The notes below the pieces were generated by a model. That model was not told the DNA's origin, made no database searches, and saw nothing but the letters and a program-made list of their open reading frames with translations. Shown here one piece after another: positions 34,961 to 45,384 of a stretch of DNA of 64,000 nt; position 1 is the first letter of the stretch, and every line of letters starts with the position of its first letter. This DNA comes from an uncultured bacterium. GTDB lineage: Bacteria > Oederibacteriota > JAAXVQ01 > JAUVAV01. The stretch covers positions 1-64,000 of the forward strand of contig CAVQBK010000002.1 of the NCBI GenBank assembly GCA_963710755.1. Reading direction: 5' to 3'. Both the position numbers and the translations under genes were made by a program.

Positions 34961-35431
34961 TCAATACCGCTGGCGCATCTGACGGTCGGTTTCGCGCTTG
35001 ATGTCCCGTTCTTTTAAGGCTTCTTTCTTGTCAAAGGTATGTTTGCCTTTGGCCAACCCCAGTTCCACCTTCACCCTGCGGCCTTTGAGGTAGATTGAAA
35101 GCGGCACCAAGGTCAGGCCCTTCTGAGTCAGTTTGCCTTCCAGTTTCATGATTTCCCGTTTATGTAACAACAGCTGCCTGGGCCTCACCGGATCGGGATT
35201 TTCACGGTTACCCTGCGGATACGGAGAAATATGTAGATTAAGCAAACGCACCCGGCCCTGTTTGACCTGGGCGTAACTATCCTGCAGATTGGCCTGGCCG
35301 GCGCGCAGGGACTTGACCTCACAGCCCACCAGTTCAATACCAGCTTCCAGTCTTTCCAGAATCAAATATTCATGCAGGGCCCTGCGGTTGCTTACCAGAC
35401 GCTTAAAGTCTTCTTTTTCGGCAGTGCTCAC
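34961..35431 (-). CDS. smpB: SsrA-binding protein
   Basis: NRRALHEY, EAGIEL.G.EVKSLR, LLLHKREI, GK..FDKKE. Confidence 0.97.
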   Translation of the reverse strand: MSTAEKEDFKRLVSNRRALHEYLILERLEAGIELVGCEVKSLRAGQANLQDSYAQVKQGRVRLLNLHISPYPQGNRENPDPVRPRQLLLHKREIMKLEGKLTQKGLTLVPLSIYLKGRRVKVELGLAKGKHTFDKKEALKERDIKRETDRQMRQRY

Positions 35432-37644
35432 CGGTGTCTCCTTTTGCTTTTCACCAGCCGGGGCGGATTCTTGGGCGGTCCCGGGTTAACGGCGCGGTCT
35501 TGGTGTTCGAGCAATTGAAAATACACGCGTAGCTGCTCTTCGTCAACCTCCAAGACGCTGATGCGCACGGCCTGACCGGTCCGGTATTCCCGGCCCGAAC
35601 GGCTGCCGTAAAAAAACCGGCGTGTTTCATCATAAAGATAATAATCATCATTCAGATCGGTGACGGGCACCAACCCTTCCACATAATGCTCGTTCAATTC
35701 CACAAAGAAGCCGAAAGCTTTGACCGAGGTGATAATGCCCTCAAAGGGCTCGCCCAATTTGGTTTTTAAAAATTGCATTTGTTTGGTGCGCACGGCCATG
35801 CGCTCCGCTTTTTCCGCGATTCGCTCCCGCTGGGAAAGATGCTCGGCCCACTGGGGCATGCGGCTCTGCAGGTCTTCCAGATGGCGGCCGGATGGATTGC
35901 CCTGCTCCAATTGTTCCGTAAGCATGCGGTGTACGATCAGATCAGGATAACGCCGGATGGGTGAGGTGAAATGACAATAACAGCTGCTGCCCAGGCCGAA
36001 GTGGCCCTTATTAACTGCCGAGTAAACCGCCAGTTTCATGGCCCGCAGCAGGGCATGATTCATAATGGCTTCCTCCGGCTTGCCTTTAAAGGAATGAAGC
36101 AGGGCCTGGAAAGCCCGGGAGGCTTCCTTGGGTTTGCCGGGACTGAAGTCATAACCATAGGCTTTTAGGAAGATCTGGAACTCTTCCATCTTTTCGCCGT
36201 CCGGTGCTTCGTGAATGCGATACAACGTCGGCCGGCCTGCCCGCGCCAGATAAGCAGCCACCGCCTCGTTGGCGGCGATCATGCAATCTTCGATTAAACG
36301 ATGGCTCTGCAGCTGTTGACGCTTCTCAATGGTGGTCACTTCCCCTTTTTCATTGAGAATCACCCGAGCATCAGGCAGGTCAAAATCCAGATTGCCCCGG
36401 CTGTCCCTGTTGGCCCTCAGCGCTGCAGACACCTCGGCCAGATGGCGGAGTTGCACTTTGAAAGCCTGGGCTGGATCATCCTGCTCCTTCCCGCTGAGCA
36501 CGGTCTCCACGCCGTCATAGGTCAAGCGGCCGGCACTGCGGATAACCGCCCGCACAAAGCGGCTGGCCGTGCACACCCCCTGAGGATTAATGGTCATTAT
36601 CGCGCACACCGTAAAGCGGTCCTGGTCCGGCACCAGGCTGCATACCCCGCAGGACAATTCTTCGGGCAGCATGTGCAGCACCCGGTCGGGCAGATAAACA
36701 CTGGTGCCGCGTTCGCGGGCTTCCAGATCGAGCACAGTGCCTGATTTCAAATAATGGGCCACATCGGCAATATACACTTCCAACTGCCAGCCGCCGCCGG
36801 GCACAGGTTCGCAGTACACGGCATCGTCAAAATCACGGGCATCGGCACCGTCAATGGTCACAATGGGTTTGTGCCTGCAGTCCTCGCGGTCCGGATAATT
36901 CGTTTGGGATGGTGCCACTGCAATGGCTTTGGCCTGCGCCAAGGCTTTTAAGGAAAACCCTTCGGGCAGTTCAAAGCGCTTGATAATGGTGGTGATATCC
37001 ACACCCGGATCATCACGCTTGCCCAGAATGTCGATGACCTTGGCCTGGCCTTGCTGGGCCTGATCAGGCCATCGCCGTACTTCCGCGACCACCACATCGT
37101 GATCCTCTGCCCCAGCCTCTTGACCGCGGGCAATGAAAAAATCACGCACATAGGGCAGGCCATCCGGCGCCAGCAGGCCGTAGCCCCGCTGCTGGCGGAA
37201 CAGTCCCACCAAAGTCTTGCGCCCCCGCTCGAGCACCTTGACTACTTGAGCCCGCTGACGTCCGCCCCGGCGGTCATCGCGATAAACCATGGCTTCCACC
37301 AAATCGCCGGCCACCGCGTCCTTGAGATTGGACGCAGGCAGGTAGAGATCTTCCTGGCCTTCTTTTTCGGGAATAAGAAAGGCAAAAGCAGGCTGGTGCT
37401 GGCTGATGCGGCCCACAATGGTTTGTTGCGGCTGGGGCGATCCGTATTTGCCACCGCGCATACGCATGAGCTTGCCCTGACCTTTGAGGCTGGATAATTG
37501 GGCTTGAACCAGGGCACGCTGCTGAATAGGCAGTCCCAAAGCCACCGTCAGGGCCTTGACCCCCATAGGCTGGCGGTGTAAAAGGGAAAGAATTTTTCCG
37601 GGCGTGATGGTTTTTTTAGAAGACGATCTTTTGGGATGTTTCAT
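35428..37644 (-). CDS. rnr: Ribonuclease R
   Basis: TIDGADARDFDDA, RGTSVY, HFTSPIRRYPDL, C-terminal S1 domain. Confidence 0.96.
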   Translation of the reverse strand: MKHPKRSSSKKTITPGKILSLLHRQPMGVKALTVALGLPIQQRALVQAQLSSLKGQGKLMRMRGGKYGSPQPQQTIVGRISQHQPAFAFLIPEKEGQEDLYLPASNLKDAVAGDLVEAMVYRDDRRGGRQRAQVVKVLERGRKTLVGLFRQQRGYGLLAPDGLPYVRDFFIARGQEAGAEDHDVVVAEVRRWPDQAQQGQAKVIDILGKRDDPGVDITTIIKRFELPEGFSLKALAQAKAIAVAPSQTNYPDREDCRHKPIVTIDGADARDFDDAVYCEPVPGGGWQLEVYIADVAHYLKSGTVLDLEARERGTSVYLPDRVLHMLPEELSCGVCSLVPDQDRFTVCAIMTINPQGVCTASRFVRAVIRSAGRLTYDGVETVLSGKEQDDPAQAFKVQLRHLAEVSAALRANRDSRGNLDFDLPDARVILNEKGEVTTIEKRQQLQSHRLIEDCMIAANEAVAAYLARAGRPTLYRIHEAPDGEKMEEFQIFLKAYGYDFSPGKPKEASRAFQALLHSFKGKPEEAIMNHALLRAMKLAVYSAVNKGHFGLGSSCYCHFTSPIRRYPDLIVHRMLTEQLEQGNPSGRHLEDLQSRMPQWAEHLSQRERIAEKAERMAVRTKQMQFLKTKLGEPFEGIITSVKAFGFFVELNEHYVEGLVPVTDLNDDYYLYDETRRFFYGSRSGREYRTGQAVRISVLEVDEEQLRVYFQLLEHQDRAVNPGPPKNPPRLVKSKRRHR

Positions 37645-37715
37645 TGAACCTCGTCAGAGTGTTTCGGCCGAGGCTGGTGATAGCCACCGCAGCGCAAAAC
37701 CTAAAAGTTATCTGC

Positions 37716-37745
37716 TTGACATAGGCCGTGAGCATTGGGTATAGT
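37716..37745 (+). promoter_or_regulatory. Sigma70 promoter of tRNA-Leu
   Basis: TTGACA-18 nt-TATAGT, 15 nt before the tRNA. Confidence 0.7.
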
Positions 37746-37760
37746 GTTTTCCCTCTGCAT

Positions 37761-37846
37761 GCGGAAGTGGCGAAATGGCAGACGCGCAAGATTCAGGATC
37801 TTGTGAGGGCAACCTCATGGGGGTTCAAGTCCCCCCTTCCGCACCA
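37761..37846 (+). tRNA. tRNA-Leu(CAG)
   Basis: GCGGAAG/CTTCCGC acceptor stem, anticodon arm CAAGA-TTCAGGA-TCTTG, long variable arm, GTTCAAG T-loop, encoded CCA. Confidence 0.96.
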
Positions 37847-37850
37847 GCCT

Positions 37851-38555
37851 TTATGCTTTTGATCCTGCCGATTTTTTCTTGGTTTTGGTCTTCTTGCTTA
37901 AGTCAGCAATATTATTGGGATTGGTCTCGGCTAATCGTTCACGTACTCTGGCCAGATTGGCTTCCGTGCCTTTAAGTACTTTGCGCAAAGTCTGGGTGGT
38001 TTTTTCCGCCAGCTTTTCCCCTTTTCGGGCCATGCGTCGCGTGGACCCCGACAAGCCGGAAGCGGGCACCACCTTAATTTTGGCTGCAGCCTTGACTTTA
38101 ACTTGCGCCTGAGCCTGAATCAAAATCAAATCCTCTCCCAGCACCGTTTCTTCCGGATCAAGGACTACACTTTTTTGACCATCCAATTCCAGACTTTTAA
38201 TCACCCAAGTTTTTTCATCAACCGTCAAGTCCTGCAAATGACCAAGAGCGCGGCCATCCTTACTGGAGACAGGCATATGGCGCAGCCGTTCCCACGGCAA
38301 CCCGGACGATGGGGCCTGGGGCAATAATTTGGTGGCATTGGCAATCAGCAGCATGTCGGTTCCGACTTTTTTAACATGCTCCACAGGAAGCCATTTTTCC
38401 GTTTTACTGTCAGGACCAGTTTTAGGTTTGATGATAAATCCCAATAGCTGATTGGTTTTCTTGTCCAGAACTGCGCCCCCAACATGCCCGAGGATAGCGC
38501 CCTGTTGAAGGTTGGTGACCCATAAATGCCGGCATTTTTTAAGTGCGATACTCAT
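37851..38555 (-). CDS. Double PRC-barrel domain protein with basic C-terminal tail
   Basis: G..LG.V...LD, V.KVG.D, MPVSSKDGRALGHLQDL. Confidence 0.8.
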   Translation of the reverse strand: MSIALKKCRHLWVTNLQQGAILGHVGGAVLDKKTNQLLGFIIKPKTGPDSKTEKWLPVEHVKKVGTDMLLIANATKLLPQAPSSGLPWERLRHMPVSSKDGRALGHLQDLTVDEKTWVIKSLELDGQKSVVLDPEETVLGEDLILIQAQAQVKVKAAAKIKVVPASGLSGSTRRMARKGEKLAEKTTQTLRKVLKGTEANLARVRERLAETNPNNIADLSKKTKTKKKSAGSKA

Positions 38556-38566
38556 GCTTGCCTCCC

Positions 38567-39274
38567 TCATTGCAATGCGTGAATAGCTGTGATAACTTCT
38601 TCCTGAGACAGGCCCAAGGTAGAGCCCAACCAGTGCAAAGACCAGTGGTGTTTTAACCGTTTCAAGGGACGGTTAAATATTTTTTCCGCCACGGCCTCGA
38701 GCACAGCCCTACGCCGATTCTGATCCAGGGATTCCATATCGATCACCAGTTCGGGCTTCCCCAAGACAGGCTTGGGTCTGGCAATGCTGGCCAGAGGATA
38801 AAACCCTATCACCAGCATAGGTCCCACGCTTGGTGTCCAACCCAAACGATGCAAAATCAGCCGGGCTCGTTGGTAATGATAATGATCCCATAAAAAGCTC
38901 CAATCACGCTTGGCCAAATGGTATTCCGCATCAAGAGGATCGCAGCCTTCCACCATCCAGTATATGGTGCCTGAACAATAATGTTGTGGCTTGGCCTGAA
39001 AGATCACCCGTGCCAGGTCGTGGGCATTGCTCGGATCCACGCCACCTGGCTGGGGCCACAACAGGTAAGCGTAAAGGCCCTGCTCCCCCTCTTCATCAAA
39101 ACCATTCACCAGCAATTCAGCAGGACAAGTCATTAAATTGTTCCGCCCCTGGTGCGGTATAGTTGTCACCGGCCGGGGTATGGACGGCACCCGGGGTTGA
39201 TGGGCGCACCCTGCTGCCACTAGCACGAATAGTATCAGGCTTAACCGGACGCGATTAATGAGATTGCTCTTCAT
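38567..39274 (-). CDS. Putative lipoprotein
   Basis: Lipobox LVAAGC after a hydrophobic stretch; start inferred at 39274. Confidence 0.65.
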   Translation of the reverse strand: MKSNLINRVRLSLILFVLVAAGCAHQPRVPSIPRPVTTIPHQGRNNLMTCPAELLVNGFDEEGEQGLYAYLLWPQPGGVDPSNAHDLARVIFQAKPQHYCSGTIYWMVEGCDPLDAEYHLAKRDWSFLWDHYHYQRARLILHRLGWTPSVGPMLVIGFYPLASIARPKPVLGKPELVIDMESLDQNRRRAVLEAVAEKIFNRPLKRLKHHWSLHWLGSTLGLSQEEVITAIHALQ

Positions 39275-39950
39275 CTGCCTGTGGTGACGGTGATGGGTCC
39301 GGTTGCTCGCTGGGCGTCTCAGGTTCTGAACCAAGGGGAGCTTGTTCCTCAGGGAACTCCGCTGCGTCCGGTTCTCCGGGCTTTAATTCCGCTTCACTGC
39401 CCTTGAGCACTCGTTTGATCACCTCCGACGTGTGTTTGACAAATTCCTTGCCGAACACACTTTCCACAATAGTTTCCTTCTTTTCCTTGACCCGTTCCTG
39501 GGGTACTGCCCCGGCTTGCACTAATATCATATCCTGACCAAAAACGGTTTCCAGCCCTTGGATAGCCACGGTGTGATCATTGGTCAAGGCCAGCTCAATG
39601 ACCGCAGCATCTTCAAGATTGATCGCCATGTCCGCCAGCTGGCCCAAGGCCCGGCCGTCCTTGCCGGAGACCGGCATACCCAGCCATTGGATCAGACGCT
39701 TACCGGTTGGAGGTGCAGGACCAACGGCATTATCGTTCTGTACATAGATCAAGTCCTCGCCAATTTTGATGATGGACTCATAGGGCAGCCAGATGTCCTG
39801 TCCGCTCAGGGGCGAACCAATCCGCAAGGCCATGCCGGCTACTTTTTTTTGATCATCGATATAAATATTGTTAACCGTTCCCAGCATGCGGCCTTCGTCC
39901 AGGGAAGCCACCCACATGCCTTTAATGTCCTTTAACCACGCTGTTTCCAT
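39255..39950 (-). CDS. Double PRC-barrel domain protein with acidic C-terminal tail
   Basis: EGRMLGTV, IIKIGED, MPVSGKDGRALGQLAD; paralogous to 37851-38555. Confidence 0.8.
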   Translation of the reverse strand: METAWLKDIKGMWVASLDEGRMLGTVNNIYIDDQKKVAGMALRIGSPLSGQDIWLPYESIIKIGEDLIYVQNDNAVGPAPPTGKRLIQWLGMPVSGKDGRALGQLADMAINLEDAAVIELALTNDHTVAIQGLETVFGQDMILVQAGAVPQERVKEKKETIVESVFGKEFVKHTSEVIKRVLKGSEAELKPGEPDAAEFPEEQAPLGSEPETPSEQPDPSPSPQADEEQSH

Positions 39951-40214
39951 TATTTTCACCTTCTTCAACATAAACTGGTGCCTTGATAGGTTCCCGTTCC
40001 TCCCTGGAACTTGACCCAGAGATGGTCGGCACTATAAATTTAAAATTCGTCCCATTTCAAATTACCTGGTGACTTGTTGCTTAAAGCCGTCTCGTCCAAT
40101 TGAGGTGCCTAGCCGGTCGGGGTCACAAGGCAATTTAATTTTGGCACTTGTCCCTGGCCTTGGCAAGGGCTTTCTATCCAGTTCTTATTGTAAAAAGGGC
40201 AATTTTCCCATGCC

Positions 40215-40359
40215 TTCTTTCCCGAATTGGGGGGAGAGGGTTGGGGTGCGGGGGTAAAAGACTTTATTTTTAAAAATAATATCTTACCTCTATTCCCTCG
40301 GGGTGCCTGTGACAAAGATATCTCCCAAGAGGAGAGGACTATTTTATTTAGATCGAAAA
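40215..40359. repeat. REP-like intergenic element, copy 2
   Basis: GGGGGAGAGGGTTGGGGTGCGGGGG arm; 32-bp segment shared with 17231-17262. Confidence 0.6.
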
Positions 40360-40569
40360 AACCTCTTTCCGCAACACAACCTATCTATTTATTTGACGAC
40401 TTCATCAGGATGTATTAAGACATGACGGGCTGGCTTTGAGGAGAGACGATAAAGAATAAGTGGTGGCCATCCGAAGATTTATGGTAATCTGAAAAGCGTC
40501 TTTATTTGGGCCTCATGGTTACCCATGGCGCCGGATTGGCTTGAATCAACCCCTCGACAGGAGATTTTC

Positions 40570-41376
40570 ATGACGTCCTCTTTGTCCACCTATGATCAGT
40601 ATGGCGACCGGATTGAAATCATTGGTTATGGTACCACCATACTGTCGGGCATGCTGTTTCTGACCTATTTCACCATGCTCTTTTTTTCCAAGACCGTCCA
40701 GGCCCAAAACAGTCTGGACAAATTGCTCATCCTATTTTTTTCATTACTGCTGTTCACCACTGGATTTTTTGTACCGCTCCATAAAAACCGGGCCCGCCTG
40801 CTGCACCGTACGCTTTTTTTGCTTCTCGGCTCATTTTCCTTTTTTGATTTCTTTGACAAAGGCACCTGGTATTTTGGGGTACTTTTTGCTTACACCCTGT
40901 ATGGGTACTGGGTTCTCGGCCATCCCATGGCGATCCGGTTTTTCCGTGCTTTGAAACCAAGAGAAAAGCCTTTACAAAAGCACAGCGGCTGGATCATGGC
41001 TCACCTTTCCATCCAGACCATGCTGGTGCTGATCTTCTTCTTGAAAGGATTGGTAGCACTGATTAATGACGCCACTGGCACCAGCCTCAGTCAGGGTATG
41101 GGTTATTTAACCCTGGCCCTGTTTTTATCGGTCCTCCTCTGGGGACTGCGCCGGTTAAAACCTTGGGCGCGCTGGCTGATTATTATTTATAGTGCCGCCT
41201 TCTTTTTAGTGCTCTTCCCCAGATCTCTGAGCGACCAGGTGCAGAACTATCTGGAATATTGGAAGGCGCTGTTCATGGCAGGCTATTATTTAAGCCTGTG
41301 CTTGTTCTTTAGTTTCGCCCCTTCAGTCAAAGCTCTGTTCCAAGGCCGTCCGGCATTTCCCGGAAAGTCCTCCTAA
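40570..41376 (+). CDS. Polytopic membrane protein of unknown function
   Basis: About 8 TM helices; AGGAG RBS before 40570. Confidence 0.7.
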   Translation: MTSSLSTYDQYGDRIEIIGYGTTILSGMLFLTYFTMLFFSKTVQAQNSLDKLLILFFSLLLFTTGFFVPLHKNRARLLHRTLFLLLGSFSFFDFFDKGTWYFGVLFAYTLYGYWVLGHPMAIRFFRALKPREKPLQKHSGWIMAHLSIQTMLVLIFFLKGLVALINDATGTSLSQGMGYLTLALFLSVLLWGLRRLKPWARWLIIIYSAAFFLVLFPRSLSDQVQNYLEYWKALFMAGYYLSLCLFFSFAPSVKALFQGRPAFPGKSS

Positions 41377-41377
41377 G

Positions 41378-42310
41378 ATGCCATTGTTCTGGTTTTATAG
41401 TTTGTTTTATGGTGCCCTGGGTCTGGGGTCATTGGCCCATCGCTACCGGGCCTGGGGCCCGCGCCTGATGCGTGCGGTTATCCTTTTCATTGAAGTGCCA
41501 ATCTTTGTTTACAGCTATTGGCATCTCGATCTATCCAATATCCGAGCGCTCGCCCCCATCCCCATTATGGCCGTGGTACTGGTAGGCTGGGCCCTCATTC
41601 TGGGTGGATTATGGGCGCGGCGCCTCTACCGCCAAGATCCTGCCGCGCAAGGCAGTTTTATCCTGGCCTCCGGCTTTTCCAACATTGGCACTACCGGCGG
41701 TGCTTTTATTGCCTATATGCTTTACGGTCTGCCTGGCCTGGCCCTGGGTTATCTTTTTTTATTGCCTTATCCTGTGTTGATTTTCACCTTGGGCTTCAGT
41801 CTGGCCAAGCACTACGCTTCAGCCGGCAAGCTGCGTGCCCTCGATTATTTCAAGAATATTGTGCATAACATTTTTTCTCTGCTTCCCTTGCTGGCCATTA
41901 CCATCGGGCTGGCACTCAGCCTTAGCAAGACCACACCCCCTGCCGCGCTGGCCCCGGTAGCGGATGCGATGATCAAACTCGATCTGGGGTTGATGTGTTT
42001 TGCCATTGGCCTGACTATTGAATGGGCTAAATTATTCCAATTTGCCAAGGCCATAATTTCTGTGGCCTGTATCAAATTTTTGCTGACACCACTAGCCGCC
42101 TTGATACTGATATTTTTGGTTTATGGTCATGCCATGCCTTTGGAAGCAAAAGTCATTCTTATTCAAGCGGCCATGCCGCCGGCCATTTATGCCGTGGTTA
42201 CCGTCAATCTTTTCAAATTGCATCGCGATTTGGCCAATGCCATATGGCTAGCCAATGCTTTTATTTTAATTCCCGTAGCCGGTTTGCTCTATTTTTTCTT
42301 GCGCGCTTAA
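41378..42310 (+). CDS. AEC (auxin efflux carrier) family transporter
   Basis: FSNIG, KFLLTP, IQAAMPPA motifs; ~10 TM helices. Confidence 0.8.
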   Translation: MPLFWFYSLFYGALGLGSLAHRYRAWGPRLMRAVILFIEVPIFVYSYWHLDLSNIRALAPIPIMAVVLVGWALILGGLWARRLYRQDPAAQGSFILASGFSNIGTTGGAFIAYMLYGLPGLALGYLFLLPYPVLIFTLGFSLAKHYASAGKLRALDYFKNIVHNIFSLLPLLAITIGLALSLSKTTPPAALAPVADAMIKLDLGLMCFAIGLTIEWAKLFQFAKAIISVACIKFLLTPLAALILIFLVYGHAMPLEAKVILIQAAMPPAIYAVVTVNLFKLHRDLANAIWLANAFILIPVAGLLYFFLRA

Positions 42311-42334
42311 ACTTATCTCCAAATAGTCACGGTA

Positions 42335-42961
42335 TTAACCGACCCGGCCTGTCTTGGGTTTTTCCACCAGCATTAATCGCACCACATCCACCAAGTGATA
42401 CTGAACATAGAAGACATGGAAGCCCGCCTTGGCGATGGTCTTTTGGGTGGGACGCAACATGGATGTTCCCAGAAGGGGCAGCGTTACCAGATTCATTAAA
42501 CCCAGCAGCAGATTAAGCAACAGGTGGCGGCTGTGCATGTGCTCTAAAAAAATGCCCCGCCCTCCCGGAGCCAGCACACGATAGGCTTCCCGTAAGCCTT
42601 GAACAGGATCCGGGACTGTGCAAAATACGAAGGTAGAAAGCACGGTATCAAAAAAATTATCAGGGTAATCCAGATGCTGAACGTCCATCAGGCGCAGACG
42701 AGTAGTCGGCCTGCCCAGGGTTGCCAATTTTATCCGTGCGGCTTTGATCATTTCAGGGCTGAAATCAATAGCATCGAGATCCACCTCATCCGGATAGTAG
42801 GGCAGGTTTTTACCAGTGCCCACACCGATTTCCAAAGTTTTACCTCTGGCCATAGCCGCAGCCTGCCTGCGTAGGGAGTTAAATAAAAATAGTTCCATTG
42901 GCGCTTCCAAGACATCATAACAGCGCGCCACCAGATCATACTTCTCACTGGTCTTTTTCAT
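42335..42961 (-). CDS. Class I SAM methyltransferase (PmtA/UbiE-like)
   Basis: LEIGVGTGKN, FVFCTVPDP, LEH. Confidence 0.88.
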   Translation of the reverse strand: MKKTSEKYDLVARCYDVLEAPMELFLFNSLRRQAAAMARGKTLEIGVGTGKNLPYYPDEVDLDAIDFSPEMIKAARIKLATLGRPTTRLRLMDVQHLDYPDNFFDTVLSTFVFCTVPDPVQGLREAYRVLAPGGRGIFLEHMHSRHLLLNLLLGLMNLVTLPLLGTSMLRPTQKTIAKAGFHVFYVQYHLVDVVRLMLVEKPKTGRVG

Positions 42962-45311
42962 AAACCTCATCTCCTTGCGTCGTCACAGGGTAATTTAATT
43001 TTACATAACGCAACCGCAGGGCATTACCTATAACCGACACAGAGCTAAAACTCATGGCAGCGGCCGCAATCATGGGATTGAGCAACAATCCCCAGAGCGG
43101 ATAGAGGGCACCCGCTGCCAGCGGAATGCCCAAGGCATTGTAAATAAAAGCAAAAAATAAATTTTGTTTGATATTTTTAATGGTTTTCCGGCTCAAGGTA
43201 AAGGCCTTGACTAACCCCCATAAATCCCCTCTTAAAAGTGTTACCTGGGCACTCTCCATGGCCACATCCGTACCCGTCCCCATGGCAATACCGATGTTCG
43301 CTTGCGCCAAGGCCGGAGCGTCATTGATACCGTCGCCGGCCATGGCCACCCGCCGATTTTGCTGTTGTAGGGCTTTCACCCTGTCCGCCTTGTCCTGAGG
43401 CAGTACCTGCGCCATAACCTCAGTAATACCCAGCTGCCCGGCCACGGCACGGGCCGTGGTTTCCTGATCACCACTAATCATGATAATGGTTAAACCTTGC
43501 TGGCGCAGAGCAGCCAAAGCCTCGCGCGCGCCCGCTTTAACGGGGTCTACGACCGCCAACAGCCCTGCCAAGCGGTTGTCCACTGCCAGCCACATCACGG
43601 TTTGACCTCTATGTCCCATCACTGAAAAAGCATCACGGCCTTGGGCAGTATCTACACCGGCCTTGGTCAAATAATTTTCGGTACCCATTACCACGTTATG
43701 ACCTTCCACCTTGCCGGCCACACCCAGGCCGGGCTGGGCTTGGAAATCCTTACAGGCTGGCAAAGCCATTGCGTGAGCTTGGGCGGCCTCCACTATAGCC
43801 TGGGCCAAAGGATGTTCACTCTGGTTCTCCACCGATGCTGCCCAGCGAAGTAGGTCTTTGCTGGAAAAATCATTGAATGTTTTGATTTCCTGAAAAGTCG
43901 GTCTGCCTTCCGTTAAGGTTCCGGTTTTATCGATAAAAAGGGTATCGATTTTCTGCAGGCCTTCGATGGCTTGCGCGTTTTTAAACAACACGCCTGCCTG
44001 GGCGCCTTTTCCGGAAGCCACCATGATGGACATGGGCGTGGCCAGACCCAGGGCGCAAGGGCAGGCAATCATTAGCACGGCCACGGCATTGACCAAGGCA
44101 TAGACCATGGCCGGCGCCGGTCCAGCCACAGCCCATATAACAAAGGTGATGATCGCAGCCGCGATGACCGCGGGCACAAAATAAGCGGAGACCCGATCGG
44201 CCAAGCGTTGAATGGGCGCACGACTGCGTTGGGCCTGAGAGACCATGGCCACAATCTGCGCCAACATCGTGTCCGCCCCCACTTTTTCAACAGTCATAAT
44301 CATCGTTCCCGTGCGGTTCAGGGTACCTCCCACCAAAACGCTGCCCGCTTTTTTTTCTATCGCTATAGGCTCACCGCTGATCATGGCTTCATCCACACTG
44401 CTATGCCCTTCCAACACTGTACCGTCCACCGGAATTTTTTCGCCTGGCCGGATGTGGACCCGATCTCCCGGCATTAGGTCAGCCGCAAGCACCTCTTCTT
44501 CCCGGTCGCCTTGCAGGCGACGTGCGGTCTTAGGTACTAAATCGAGTAGGCTCCGGATGGCCGAGCCGGTACTGTGCCTGGCCCTTAATTCCAACACCTG
44601 GCCCAAGAGCACCAATGTCACAATCACCCCGCTGGCTTCAAAGTACACCTGCACCTGGCCGTGAACATCGCGAAAGGCAGCCGGAAAAATACCGGGCATG
44701 ACCGTGGCTAGCAGGCTAAAACCATAAGACACAAAAACACCGAGACCGATTAAGGTAAACATGTTGAAACTGAGCCTCTTCACGGAGGAAAGGGCCCTTT
44801 GAAAAAAGGGCATGCCGCCATATACCACAATGGGCGTGGCCAGCAGCAACTCCAACCATTGACGGATGGGCTCCGCCAGCAGCCTGCTCACAGCACCGCC
44901 ACTTAACATATCACCCATACTTACCACCAACAGGGGGACGGTAAACATCAGACTCAGTCGAAAACGATTGTCCATGTCCCTCAGTTCGCTGGTGTCTTCT
45001 TCCTCTCCGGCAACGATGGTTTTCGGTTCTAAAGCCATGCCGCATTTAGGGCAAGCGCCGGGGTGCAATGCTTCAATTTCCGGATGCATGGGACAGGTAT
45101 AAATGCCCCCTTGGGGCTTTGGCGCCGGACCAGGCTGTTTTTCCAGATAAGCGTGCGGCGTTGCCTGGAATTTATTCAAACAGGATTGGCTGCAAAAATA
45201 ATAAGTTTTTCCCTTCACCCTGGCATGCAAGGCGGTATTGGGATCTACTTTCATCCCGCATACCGGGTCGTGGATGCCAGTCTTGACCTGTTGTTGATGG
45301 CTGCTGCTCAT
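42945..45311 (-). CDS. copA: Cu(I)/Ag P1B-type ATPase with YHS and heavy-metal-binding domains
   Basis: DPVCGM...YYFCS, YTCPMHP...CPKCGM, CPCALG, DKTGT, SEHP, GDGINDAP, YN, MSFSS. Confidence 0.92.
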   Translation of the reverse strand: MSSSHQQQVKTGIHDPVCGMKVDPNTALHARVKGKTYYFCSQSCLNKFQATPHAYLEKQPGPAPKPQGGIYTCPMHPEIEALHPGACPKCGMALEPKTIVAGEEEDTSELRDMDNRFRLSLMFTVPLLVVSMGDMLSGGAVSRLLAEPIRQWLELLLATPIVVYGGMPFFQRALSSVKRLSFNMFTLIGLGVFVSYGFSLLATVMPGIFPAAFRDVHGQVQVYFEASGVIVTLVLLGQVLELRARHSTGSAIRSLLDLVPKTARRLQGDREEEVLAADLMPGDRVHIRPGEKIPVDGTVLEGHSSVDEAMISGEPIAIEKKAGSVLVGGTLNRTGTMIMTVEKVGADTMLAQIVAMVSQAQRSRAPIQRLADRVSAYFVPAVIAAAIITFVIWAVAGPAPAMVYALVNAVAVLMIACPCALGLATPMSIMVASGKGAQAGVLFKNAQAIEGLQKIDTLFIDKTGTLTEGRPTFQEIKTFNDFSSKDLLRWAASVENQSEHPLAQAIVEAAQAHAMALPACKDFQAQPGLGVAGKVEGHNVVMGTENYLTKAGVDTAQGRDAFSVMGHRGQTVMWLAVDNRLAGLLAVVDPVKAGAREALAALRQQGLTIIMISGDQETTARAVAGQLGITEVMAQVLPQDKADRVKALQQQNRRVAMAGDGINDAPALAQANIGIAMGTGTDVAMESAQVTLLRGDLWGLVKAFTLSRKTIKNIKQNLFFAFIYNALGIPLAAGALYPLWGLLLNPMIAAAAMSFSSVSVIGNALRLRYVKLNYPVTTQGDEVYEKDQ

Positions 45312-45384
45312 GGTTTTGCCTCCTTCCCATTTACATCACCGGGAAAATCCCAATATTGGTTGCAGGAGTACGGCTTTTGGCGGA

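Noticed and set aside
14814-35431. ssrA separated from rnr-smpB by 20 kb, read as evidence of a large insertion
   Set aside because: The intervening genes include ordinary housekeeping genes, and smpB-ssrA adjacency is not universal
37761-37846. tRNA-Leu as an integration site
   Set aside because: No integrase and no duplicated tRNA 3' end seen in the window
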